A stretch of DNA of 40,000 bases, taken from NCBI GenBank assembly GCA_038009385.1, contig JBBPCA010000011.1, positions 12,479 through 52,478 of the forward strand, written 5' to 3'. The notes under the pieces were generated by a model that saw only the letters and a list, made by a program, of their open reading frames with translations, was not told the origin of the DNA and made no database searches. Of this stretch, positions 10,313 through 21,147 are shown piece after piece (position 1 is the first letter of the stretch; each line of letters opens with the position of its first letter). The position numbers and the translations under genes were made by a program. Source of the DNA: Hydrogenobacter sp. RSW1 (GTDB lineage Bacteria > Aquificota > Aquificia > Aquificales > Aquificaceae).

Positions 10313-11626
10313 ATGATAGAACGCTACACAAGGGAAGAGATAGGAAAAGTATGGTCAGAGGTAAACAAGTTTAAAAAATGGCTACAGGTGGAGCTTGCAG
10401 TATGTGGTGCGTGGAATAAGTTAGGTAAGATACCAAATGAAGCCTTTGAAGAGATAAAGAAGAGAACCTTTATAAACGAGGAGGTAGTACAAAGGATAAA
10501 AGAGTATGAAAGGCTTTACAAACACGATGTGCTTGCCTTCATATCTGCTATATCCCAACAGATTCCCTCTTATTCTCACTACTTCCACATGGGTCTTACA
10601 TCTTCCGATGTGGTAGATACCGCTCTTGCATTGCAGATGAGGGAAGCCATGCAAATAATTCTTAAAGATGTTGACCTTGTGCTTGAAGAATTAAAAAAGC
10701 TTTCTTTTGAACATAAACACACCCTCATGATGGGAAGGACGCACGGTGTACATGCGGAACCCATAACTCTTGGTATAAAGTTTGCTGTATGGTATGACGA
10801 AATGAGGAGAAACAGAGAGAGGCTCATGAGAGCTTATGAGAGTATTTCTTACGGTAAGCTTTCTGGTGCTGTAGGAACATACTCAAACCTGGACCCAAAG
10901 GTCGAAGAAATAGCTCTTGAAAAGTTGGGACTAAATGTGGAGCCTGCAAGCACACAGATAGTACACAGGGACAGGCACGCAGACCTTATGTATGCTATCG
11001 CTTGCTGTGCTACATCCCTAGAGAAGTTTGCCACAGAAATAAGACACTTGCAGAGGACTGAGGTTTTAGAACTTCAGGAGCCTTTCACAGAAGGTCAAAG
11101 AGGGTCTTCTGCCATGCCTCACAAAAAGAATCCCATACACTCGGAACGCATATGCGGTCTTGCAAGGGTACTAAGGGCTAACCTTTTAGTAGCTCTTGAG
11201 AACATGGTGCTTTGGCACGAAAGAGACATATCCCACTCTTCTGCAGAGAGGATAATAATCCCTGATAGTACCATAGCCCTTGACTACATGCTAAACCTGT
11301 TTTTAGAGATACTAAAGGGTCTTGTGATAAACAAAGATAGAATGCTGAAAAACATGGAACTATCTTATGGACTTTACGCGTCTTCAAAGGTATTGGTAAT
11401 GCTCATGGAAAAAGGCATTGCAAGAGACAGGGCTTACAACATAGTTCAAAGGTGTGCCATGAAAAGTTGGCAAGAAGGTATACCTTTTAAAGAAGCACTA
11501 CTTCTTGATGAGGAAGCAAAGCTCCTACTGAGCATGCAAGACATAGAGTCCGCAACAGACCCAAGGAGTTTTCTAAGAAACATGGACCACATATACAAAA
11601 AGGTTTTTGGGCAAACAGATGGTTAA
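10313..11626 (+). CDS. purB: Adenylosuccinate lyase
   Basis: GLTSSDVVDTAL, MMGRTHGVHAEP and the fumarate-lyase signature GSSAMPHKKNP. 437 aa. Confidence 0.93.
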   Translation: MIERYTREEIGKVWSEVNKFKKWLQVELAVCGAWNKLGKIPNEAFEEIKKRTFINEEVVQRIKEYERLYKHDVLAFISAISQQIPSYSHYFHMGLTSSDVVDTALALQMREAMQIILKDVDLVLEELKKLSFEHKHTLMMGRTHGVHAEPITLGIKFAVWYDEMRRNRERLMRAYESISYGKLSGAVGTYSNLDPKVEEIALEKLGLNVEPASTQIVHRDRHADLMYAIACCATSLEKFATEIRHLQRTEVLELQEPFTEGQRGSSAMPHKKNPIHSERICGLARVLRANLLVALENMVLWHERDISHSSAERIIIPDSTIALDYMLNLFLEILKGLVINKDRMLKNMELSYGLYASSKVLVMLMEKGIARDRAYNIVQRCAMKSWQEGIPFKEALLLDEEAKLLLSMQDIESATDPRSFLRNMDHIYKKVFGQTDG

Positions 11627-12620
11627 ATGGAAGATAGCTTTTACCGGCGTTAATGATGAAGATCTCGAGTTTTACAAAGACCATCTGAAAGAGTATGAAA
11701 GTAAGTTTTTTAAGAAACGAATAGAAGAGATTGATCTAAAAGAGATTAAAGAAGCTCACATTCTTTGTGTTTTTGTTTTTGATAAGCTTACAGGCAAAGT
11801 GCTATCTGAATTTGAGAATTTGAGGTTGATAATTACCCGTTCAGCAGGTTATGATCACATCGATTTAAAGTTCTGTAAAGATAGAGGGATCAAAGTGGCT
11901 CACATGCCTGCTTACTCTCCCAAATCTATAGCTATGCATACCATAAGCCTGATTTTGAATTTAACTAGAAAAATCAAGAAGGTTCAAAAGAGGACTCTTG
12001 ACCTAAATTACTCCCAAGAACCAGAAATTTTGGCGACGGACCTTGATGAGCTAACTGCAGGTATCGTTGGAACAGGTAGAATAGGAAGCTGGACTGCCAA
12101 ACTTCTGTATCATCTGGGTTGTAAAGTTATTGCACACGATATACTAGAAAACGAAGAGCTAAAATCCTTAGGGGTGGAGTATAAATCCTTAGAAGAGCTG
12201 CTTAAGGTCAGTGATATAGTTTCTTTGCATGTTCCTTACACGCCACAAACGCATCATCTTATAAACGAAAAAAGAATATCTCTTATGAAGGACTCCGCCA
12301 TATTGATCAACACATCAAGAGGAGCGGTTGTTGATACTGACGCTTTATACAGAGCCCTTTTGAACGGAAAACTTTCTGGAGTAGCCCTTGATGTTTTTGA
12401 AGATGAGGATATTCTTATTTTGAACAAATACGAGAAAGGTATTTCAAGCGATAAGAGTTTGAAAATATTAAAACTAAATACCTTTGACAATGTCATTATC
12501 ACCCCACATATTGCTTACTACACAAAAAGAGCAGTAAACAACATCAGAAAGTGCGTTGTTGAATGTATTAATATGTTTGTGCACACAAATAGCCCTGGAA
12601 GATTTGAAGTTAGCCTATGA
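11607..12620 (+). CDS. D-isomer-specific 2-hydroxyacid dehydrogenase family, NAD-binding
   Basis: RSAGYDHIDL, GIVGTGRIGS (Rossmann motif), NTSRGAVVD, ALDVFEDE and ITPHIAYYT. The substrate cannot be assigned. Overlaps the purB end by 20 nt; an alternative start at 11619 is possible. Confidence 0.8.
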   Translation: MGKQMVKWKIAFTGVNDEDLEFYKDHLKEYESKFFKKRIEEIDLKEIKEAHILCVFVFDKLTGKVLSEFENLRLIITRSAGYDHIDLKFCKDRGIKVAHMPAYSPKSIAMHTISLILNLTRKIKKVQKRTLDLNYSQEPEILATDLDELTAGIVGTGRIGSWTAKLLYHLGCKVIAHDILENEELKSLGVEYKSLEELLKVSDIVSLHVPYTPQTHHLINEKRISLMKDSAILINTSRGAVVDTDALYRALLNGKLSGVALDVFEDEDILILNKYEKGISSDKSLKILKLNTFDNVIITPHIAYYTKRAVNNIRKCVVECINMFVHTNSPGRFEVSL

Positions 12621-12632
12621 TAAAATCCTTTA

Positions 12633-14876
12633 GTGATGATGGAAATGTACAGACTTCATGGACTTACTAAAGAGGAATACGAGCGCGTATTGGAAAAACT
12701 TGGAAGAGAACCAAACCATGTGGAACTTGGAATTTTGGGAGCCATGTGGTCAGAGCACTGTTCATACAAGTCTTCAAAGGTATTTCTCAAGATGTTTCCC
12801 ACAAAATCCGAAATGGTGGTTCAGGGTCCTGGTGAGAACGCAGGTGTTATAAAACTTGACGAGAGCGTGTGGATAACCTTTAAGGTGGAAAGCCATAACC
12901 ACCCTTCTTACATAGAGCCTTTCAACGGTGCAGCAACCGGTGTTGGAGGCATCATAAGGGATGTGCTTTCTATGGGTGCAAGACCTATAGCTCTTGGCAA
13001 TTCTCTGAGGTTTGGTCCTCTTGATGACCCTAAAACTAAGCATTTAGTAAAAGGTGTGGTCAAAGGTATCAGTGCATATGGAAATTCCATAGGCGTGCCT
13101 ACAGTATGCGGTGAAACCTTTTTTGAAGAGTGCTACATTACTAATCCTCTTGTTAATGCTTTCTGTTTAGGTGTTTTGCCTGCAGGTAAGATGTACACAT
13201 CAAGGGCAAGAGAGCCAGGTCAGGTGCTGGTGCTTATAGGCTCTTCAACAGGAAGAGATGGTGTGCACGGTGCGGTGATGGCTTCGGGCGAGTTTTCACA
13301 AGACAGGGAATCAAAAAGGTCGCATGTACAGGTGGGAGACCCTTACTTTGGCAAGAAGCTCTTAGAGGCGCTAATGGAAATCATTGAAAAAGACCTGGTG
13401 GTAGGCTTACAGGATTTAGGAGCAGCAGGGCTTGCAGGTGCCAGTTCAGAAGTAGCTAACAAATCTGGTATGGGTGTAGAACTTTACCTTGAACAAGTCC
13501 CACTTAGAGAGGAAGGCATGGAACCTTATGAGATACTCCTTTCTGAAAGTCAGGAAAGGATGCTTTTGATAACACAAGAAGAGAAGGTAAAACATATAGA
13601 AAACATAGCCAAGCGTCATCACTTAGAGTGTGCACAGGTGGGCAAGCTTACCGATGATGGTCAGTTTAGGGCTTACTTTAACGGAAATCTTGTAGCAGAA
13701 CTGCCAGTGAGTCTTATAGTTGAAGAGGCACCCGTTTATATGAGAGAGAGAACAGAACCTTCTTACTTGGTAGAGCTAAGAAAGTTCCAGCAGGAACAAC
13801 TACCTTATGTGGACCTCAAAGAAGCTTTATATAATCTTCTTTCTTCTCCCAATGTATGCTCAAAAGAATGGGTCTATAGCCAGTATGACTATCAGGTAGG
13901 TACAAACACCGTCTTAAAGCCTGGGGGTGACGCTGCAGTGCTTCGCATCAAGTGGTCAGCAAGACCCCAAATAAGAAGCGAAAGGCTCATCGCCATAACT
14001 ATGGAAGGAAACTCTCGCATGGTATACTTAAACCCTTACGAAGGTGGAAAGTTTGTAGTAGCGGAAGCTTGCAGAAACTTAGCTTGTGTGGGAGCGGTGC
14101 CTGTGGGCATCACAGACTGTCTTAATTTTGGTAATCCGGAAAGACCAGAGATCATGTGGCAACTGGAACAAGCCATAAAGGGTATGGCAGAAGCTTGTCA
14201 AAGCTTAGGTGTTCCCGTAGTGAGCGGAAATGTATCTCTGTACAACGAAACCGTTGATGAGAAAACAGCGAGGAACATATACCCAACCCCGGTGGTAGTA
14301 GCTGTAGGCGTTGTAGAAAACAGAAAGTTTTTAGACCATAAGTTTAAGGAAGATGGGCATCTCATATTTCTTATTGGAGATCTAAAAAGAGGTTCAAAAG
14401 TTGACGGAAGTGAGTTTCTCAAGAGAATACACGGTAAAGTTTTGGGGGATGTGCCGGAGGTTAATCTTGAAAAAGAAAAAGCCCTGCACGGTTTACTTCT
14501 CAGGTTGATAAATGAAGACCTCATACTATCCGCTCATGATGTTTCAACGGGTGGTTTAATGCTGTGCTTGTTGGAATGCCTTTTTGGAACTTCCTTAGGT
14601 GCCACCATAAACCTCTATACAGATGAAAGGCTTGACTTCTTTTTATTTTCAGAAAATCCTACGAGGGTGGTGGTGAGTGTGAAAAAAGAAGATGCAGAAA
14701 CCTTTAAAGACATGGTAGAAGCGAAAGGTATAGATTGGGTGCTCTTAGGCAGGACAACGGATGACGGGATATTAAGAATAGAGCTTTACGACGAGCCAGT
14801 AATGGAGGAAAAGTTAGAACCGCTGGAGGAACTATGGAAAAACACCTTAGAAAAAGCCTTGTCGCATACCTTATAA
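12633..14876 (+). CDS. purL: Phosphoribosylformylglycinamidine synthase subunit II
   Basis: MWSEHCSYKSS, VESHNHPS, GGIIRDV and the duplicated AIR-synthase-like domains. 747 aa. The track start is GTG 12633; ATG at 12636 is equally possible. Confidence 0.93.
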   Translation: MMMEMYRLHGLTKEEYERVLEKLGREPNHVELGILGAMWSEHCSYKSSKVFLKMFPTKSEMVVQGPGENAGVIKLDESVWITFKVESHNHPSYIEPFNGAATGVGGIIRDVLSMGARPIALGNSLRFGPLDDPKTKHLVKGVVKGISAYGNSIGVPTVCGETFFEECYITNPLVNAFCLGVLPAGKMYTSRAREPGQVLVLIGSSTGRDGVHGAVMASGEFSQDRESKRSHVQVGDPYFGKKLLEALMEIIEKDLVVGLQDLGAAGLAGASSEVANKSGMGVELYLEQVPLREEGMEPYEILLSESQERMLLITQEEKVKHIENIAKRHHLECAQVGKLTDDGQFRAYFNGNLVAELPVSLIVEEAPVYMRERTEPSYLVELRKFQQEQLPYVDLKEALYNLLSSPNVCSKEWVYSQYDYQVGTNTVLKPGGDAAVLRIKWSARPQIRSERLIAITMEGNSRMVYLNPYEGGKFVVAEACRNLACVGAVPVGITDCLNFGNPERPEIMWQLEQAIKGMAEACQSLGVPVVSGNVSLYNETVDEKTARNIYPTPVVVAVGVVENRKFLDHKFKEDGHLIFLIGDLKRGSKVDGSEFLKRIHGKVLGDVPEVNLEKEKALHGLLLRLINEDLILSAHDVSTGGLMLCLLECLFGTSLGATINLYTDERLDFFLFSENPTRVVVSVKKEDAETFKDMVEAKGIDWVLLGRTTDDGILRIELYDEPVMEEKLEPLEELWKNTLEKALSHTL

Positions 14877-15325
14877 CCTTTTTTCTCATCTTATCAAGCG
14901 ATTTAATAACTAAACAGTTGGCAGAGCACCATCTTCATAACAGAGAAGTGAGTTTACTGCCCTTTTTACACTTAGTGCTAGTTTACAATAAAGGGGTGGC
15001 TTTTGGTATTTTCTCAAACGCGCCAGACATCATTAGACTACCTCTCGTGCTTTTAAGTCCATTGATAGCGTTAGTTCTCACTTTTTTGTATGCCGTTAAA
15101 CGCAAAGATATAACAAACGCTCTCCTTATGGGTATGGTAGCCGGTGGTGCCATAGGAAACTTCTATGATAGATTTTTTTTAGGCTATGTCAGGGATTTTA
15201 TATACCTATCTTACGGTAAGTTCTCTTGGCCAGCTTTTAACCTTGCGGACATGGGTATAAGCGTAGCTATATTACTTTTGCTCACATTTTCTCTTGGCCA
15301 TTCTGGTAGCCATCGCAAAAACTAA
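14834..15325 (+). CDS. lspA: Lipoprotein signal peptidase (signal peptidase II)
   Basis: Four hydrophobic segments, YNKGVAFG, GGAIGNFYDR and FNLADMGISV motifs. Confidence 0.88.
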   Translation: MEKHLRKSLVAYLITFFLILSSDLITKQLAEHHLHNREVSLLPFLHLVLVYNKGVAFGIFSNAPDIIRLPLVLLSPLIALVLTFLYAVKRKDITNALLMGMVAGGAIGNFYDRFFLGYVRDFIYLSYGKFSWPAFNLADMGISVAILLLLTFSLGHSGSHRKN

Positions 15326-15327
15326 AA

Positions 15328-15399
15328 TGGGCGATGGAGGGTTCGAACCTCCGACCTCCATCGTGTGAGGATGGCGCTCTACCGCTGAGCTAATCGCCC
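15328..15399 (-). tRNA. tRNA-Val (anticodon CAC), 72 nt, no encoded CCA
   Basis: The minus strand reads GGGCGAT-TA-GCTC-AGCGGTA-GAGC-G-CCATC-CTCACAC-GATGG-AGGTC-GGAGG-TTCGAAC-CCTCC-ATCGCCC-A. This is a perfect cloverleaf with a 7-bp acceptor stem, a T-loop TTCGAAC and anticodon loop CT-CAC-AC. The next bases are TTTT, so CCA is not encoded. Confidence 0.92.
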
Positions 15400-15429
15400 T
15401 CTTTAGTTAATTAAATTATAACATCAGAT

Positions 15430-15435
15430 TATAAT
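15430..15435 (+). promoter_or_regulatory. -10-like TATAAT hexamer 6 nt upstream of the thyX ATG (possible leaderless transcript)
   Basis: TATAAT-GGTGGT-ATG at 15430-15444. The same 18-mer TATAATGGTGGTATGGAA occurs at the cimA start. Only a weak -35 (TTAATT at 15407-15412). Confidence 0.3.
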
Positions 15436-15441
15436 GGTGGT

Positions 15442-16368
15442 ATGGAAGCGTACATTATGGGTTCTGACCAAAGGATAGTCAGGTGCGCAAGGGTATCCTT
15501 TGGCAAAGATGATAAGGTGGACATGGACAGGGATAAAAAGCTCATAAAGTATCTCTTTCAGCATAGGCATGCGAGCCCTTTTGAGCATGTAATAGTCGCT
15601 TTTGAAGGTGATAAGAAAGATTGGATTGATCTTATTCAAAAAGTGCAAAGCCCAGTATTTCAAGTTTATTGGGCAGGGGGTTATGTGTGGCTAAACCTGA
15701 GGAACTTCATAAACGCCTTTGAACACATCCCCCGCGCGGTAAAACAGAAAGTGAGAGAGCTTTTACCCACAACTTACGCAGTAATTAAAGGAGAAACCCC
15801 GACTGATTACTCTACAGATAGCTCCTATGTTTCTCAGAAGGTAGAAACATCTTCAGGATGGATAGGGCTTGTGGATAAGCTTGAACTTGGAACCTTGATG
15901 GATTATTACACTTTTGTGGTGGAGTGTCCTCTCTTTGTTGCAAGACAGTGGCACAGACATAGATTTGGCTCTTTTAACGAAGTGAGTAGAAGGTATGTTA
16001 GCTACGAACCTACCTTTTACATACCTTCTTATTTGCGCAAACAATCGGATAAAAACAAACAGGCGTCAACAGACGAAAAGATAGATGAACCTTGGAACTC
16101 CCTGTTTATGAAGAAGATAAAGTGGTATATAGAGGACTTGCGTACCCTTTACGAAAACATGATAGAAAAGGGAGTTGCCAAAGAGCTTGCCAGAGGCATT
16201 CTTCCACAGTTTATGCACACAAGGTTTTATTGGACTGTCCCTAGAATCTCTTTAGACAACTTTATAAGTCTAAGGACGCACGAAGGAGCGCAGAAAGAAA
16301 TAAGAGAGTTCGCTGAGGCTATAATAAGTATGGTGGGCTATAAAAATAGCGCTACTTTCAGGTTATGA
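15442..16368 (+). CDS. thyX: FAD-dependent thymidylate synthase (ThyX), long form with ~95-aa internal insertion
   Basis: ThyX signature RHRFGSFNEVSRRY (RHRxxSxxxxSxRY), N-terminal ARVSF...HASPFEH, and C-terminal FYWTVPRISLDNFISLRTHEGAQKEIR. Confidence 0.9.
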   Translation: MEAYIMGSDQRIVRCARVSFGKDDKVDMDRDKKLIKYLFQHRHASPFEHVIVAFEGDKKDWIDLIQKVQSPVFQVYWAGGYVWLNLRNFINAFEHIPRAVKQKVRELLPTTYAVIKGETPTDYSTDSSYVSQKVETSSGWIGLVDKLELGTLMDYYTFVVECPLFVARQWHRHRFGSFNEVSRRYVSYEPTFYIPSYLRKQSDKNKQASTDEKIDEPWNSLFMKKIKWYIEDLRTLYENMIEKGVAKELARGILPQFMHTRFYWTVPRISLDNFISLRTHEGAQKEIREFAEAIISMVGYKNSATFRL

Positions 16369-16972
16369 TGCGTTTTGCCTGCTGAAGAAAGTCCTTGAAC
16401 TTTATGTTTCCCTCTCTTACTAACCTTAAGCTCTTTTTTCCTATAAGCCTAACTATGGTGGATGGTTCTCCTTTTATGTATCCTGCATCCACATACAGGT
16501 CTATATTATTACCAAAGTATTCTTGCGCCATGCTTATATCAACAGCCGGATCCTTCCCTTCTGGGTTAGCGCTGGGTGCTACGAGAGGTGTTTCTAACTC
16601 TTGCATAAGCTCCATTACAAAACTGTCCTCTTTTGGCAGTCTTATGGCTATGCTCTTTTTTCCCCTTGTGAGATATAGGGGAAAGGAGGTTTTTTTGTAA
16701 AAGATCACGGTGGCATGTGTATAAAGCAAGTCCCAGTATTTTCTGTCTGCATACAGGTCTAAATACTCAAGTATGTCCAAATCTGGAATGAGCATTATAA
16801 AAGGTCTTCCTGATGGTCTTCTTATGGAGTAAAGTCTTTCTACCGCTTCTGCATTCGTAGCATCTGCTACAAGCCCGTATATGGTGTCCGTTGGACAGAA
16901 GACTATTCCTCCTTCCTTTAATACTTTAACCGCTTTACGCAGTCCTGTCTTGTTGGCTTTTACCACCATCAT
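16358..16972 (-). CDS. tsaC: L-threonylcarbamoyladenylate synthase (YrdC/TsaC type)
   Basis: GGIVFCPTDTIYGLVADATN, RPSGRPFIML, VAPSANPEG and STIVRL. ~200 aa, YrdC-only architecture. Confidence 0.85.
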   Translation of the reverse strand: MMVVKANKTGLRKAVKVLKEGGIVFCPTDTIYGLVADATNAEAVERLYSIRRPSGRPFIMLIPDLDILEYLDLYADRKYWDLLYTHATVIFYKKTSFPLYLTRGKKSIAIRLPKEDSFVMELMQELETPLVAPSANPEGKDPAVDISMAQEYFGNNIDLYVDAGYIKGEPSTIVRLIGKKSLRLVREGNIKFKDFLQQAKRIIT

Positions 16973-18027
16973 AGTTCTATAATTTTTATGATTTTATCCA
17001 AATCGGGTGGAAGGGTTATAGGCTCTTCACACACGCTCATAGCTGTGTTTGGGTCTTTAAGACCGTTTCCCGTAAGGGTACACACCACCGTCTCCCCTCC
17101 TTTAAAGAAGCCTTCTCTGGTGAGTTTTATAAGTCCGGCTATGCACGCTGCAGAAGCTGGCTCACAGAATATACCTTCCTTTGAAGCTACAAGTTTATAA
17201 GCGTTTAGTATCTCTTCATCGCTGACCGCATCTATTCTTCCACCAGACTCATTGGAAGCCTCAAGAGCATGTTGCCAACTGTATGGGTTTCCTATCTTTA
17301 TAGCGGTAGCAATGGTTTGAGGGTTTTTTATCACATAACCTTTCACTATGGGGGCTGCCCCTTCTGCTTGCCATCCCATCATTCTGGGAAGCTTTTTGAT
17401 CTTACCGTGTTTAAAATACTCCTTGTAGCCTTTCCAGTATGCGGTTATATTTCCTGCATTTCCAACAGGTATAAAGTGGTAATCTGGAGCATCACCCAAA
17501 GCGTCGCACACCTCAAAGGAAGCGGTTTTTTGCCCTTCTATACGAAAAGGATTTACTGAATTGACAATCTCAACAGGTAGAAGTTCTCCTATCTTCCTAA
17601 CCATGTATAAGGCATCATCAAAATTCCCTTGCAGAGCTATCACCTTGGCACCATATATGACCGCTTGAGAAAGTTTACCCAAGGCTACTGCACCCTTTGG
17701 AAGGATAACATAGGCTCTTAGACCGGCTTTTGCAGCATAAGCAGCGGCAGAAGCAGAGGTGTTTCCTGTAGATGCACATATGACAGCCTTTTTACCGCTT
17801 TCTACAGCTTTAGATATGGCTAAGGTCATACCTCTGTCTTTAAAAGAGCCTGTTGGATTCAGCCCTTCGTATTTGAGAAATATATCACCTTTAAAGCCTA
17901 TGACTTTTGCAAGATTTTCCGCATGTATGAGCGGTGTATTACCTTCACACAAAGTTATCACAGGTGTGTTTTCAGAAACTGGTAAAAACTCTCTGTATTT
18001 GTGTATTACACCACGCCAGTAGTTCAT
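16969..18027 (-). CDS. thrC: Threonine synthase
   Basis: PLP-lysine region NPTGSFKDRGMT, ASTGNTSASAAAYA and PVGNAGNITA. 352 aa. Confidence 0.93.
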   Translation of the reverse strand: MNYWRGVIHKYREFLPVSENTPVITLCEGNTPLIHAENLAKVIGFKGDIFLKYEGLNPTGSFKDRGMTLAISKAVESGKKAVICASTGNTSASAAAYAAKAGLRAYVILPKGAVALGKLSQAVIYGAKVIALQGNFDDALYMVRKIGELLPVEIVNSVNPFRIEGQKTASFEVCDALGDAPDYHFIPVGNAGNITAYWKGYKEYFKHGKIKKLPRMMGWQAEGAAPIVKGYVIKNPQTIATAIKIGNPYSWQHALEASNESGGRIDAVSDEEILNAYKLVASKEGIFCEPASAACIAGLIKLTREGFFKGGETVVCTLTGNGLKDPNTAMSVCEEPITLPPDLDKIIKIIEL

Positions 18028-18048
18028 AACTTACTGCTCTTTCTTTTG

Positions 18049-18114
18049 CTACTCTTGACCCTCGTTGGATTTTTCCAATTCCTTCTTGGCACCTTTTTTC
18101 TTCTCTTGTTGCAT
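18049..18114 (-). CDS. Possible small ORF (21 aa, MQQEKKKGAKKELEKSNEGQE) just upstream of thrC
   Basis: My translation. ATG 18114 is preceded by a strong SD AAGGAGG (plus-strand CCTCCTT 18123-18129) at 8-nt spacing, and the stop TAG lies 21 nt before the thrC ATG. No homology evidence is available. Confidence 0.25.
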   Translation of the reverse strand: MQQEKKKGAKKELEKSNEGQE

Positions 18115-18149
18115 AGCTTTTTCCTCCTTGCTTATATTTTATCATATAG

Positions 18150-20757
<2,608 letters not shown>

Positions 20758-20761
<4 letters not shown>

Positions 20762-21144
20762 TTTCCATCTCCTTTCTCTATAAAAATATCCCTTACATCT
20801 CTTATGTAAAAGTTTGCTTTGCCCAGTTCTGATATGGATGTGCAGTATGTCCCTAGGTCCAATCTTGCGTGTTTCTTTAAGCCTCCTTTGAGCTCCATAT
20901 CCACCTCAAGACCATCTTCTTTTTGAGAAAGCACTCTTATGTGCCTAATATCTTCAAAAGGCACCGCGTAATCAACGCTTCCTTCCTTTATTTTTAGGTA
21001 AGTTCTTCCATTACAGCTTATACCTTTAAGTTGATGAGTGATCCCTTCCTTGTCCACCACTTTAACGAGTAAATGTGTATTTACCTTAACGGGTTCTGCC
21101 ATGGATAGAAGAAATACGGAAGAGAGGATGATCCCTTTCCTCAT
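20758..21144 (-). CDS. Hypothetical secreted protein
   Basis: 128-aa ORF with N-terminal signal-like MRKGIILSSVFLLSMA. ATGA overlap with ctpA. I recognise no family. Confidence 0.55.
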
Positions 21145-21147
21145 AGA

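Noticed and set aside
10263-10331. Upstream start-codon extension of purF, representative of similar track extensions at infB (39239-39310), the PP2C gene (5260-5340), cimA (22732-22767), fur (32652-32669), ino1 (29975-29992) and the DUF29 gene (3191-3262)
   Set aside because: Family-typical N-termini begin at internal ATGs (MCGIFG for Pur[15 protein letters not shown] for IF-2, and so on). The extensions overlap neighbouring genes or promoter hexamers and are hydrophobic or basic junk.
18049-18114. Reading the thrC-upstream small ORF as a threonine attenuation leader peptide
   Set aside because: The peptide has no Thr or Ile codons, and I could not find alternative terminator/antiterminator hairpins in the 21 nt before thrC.
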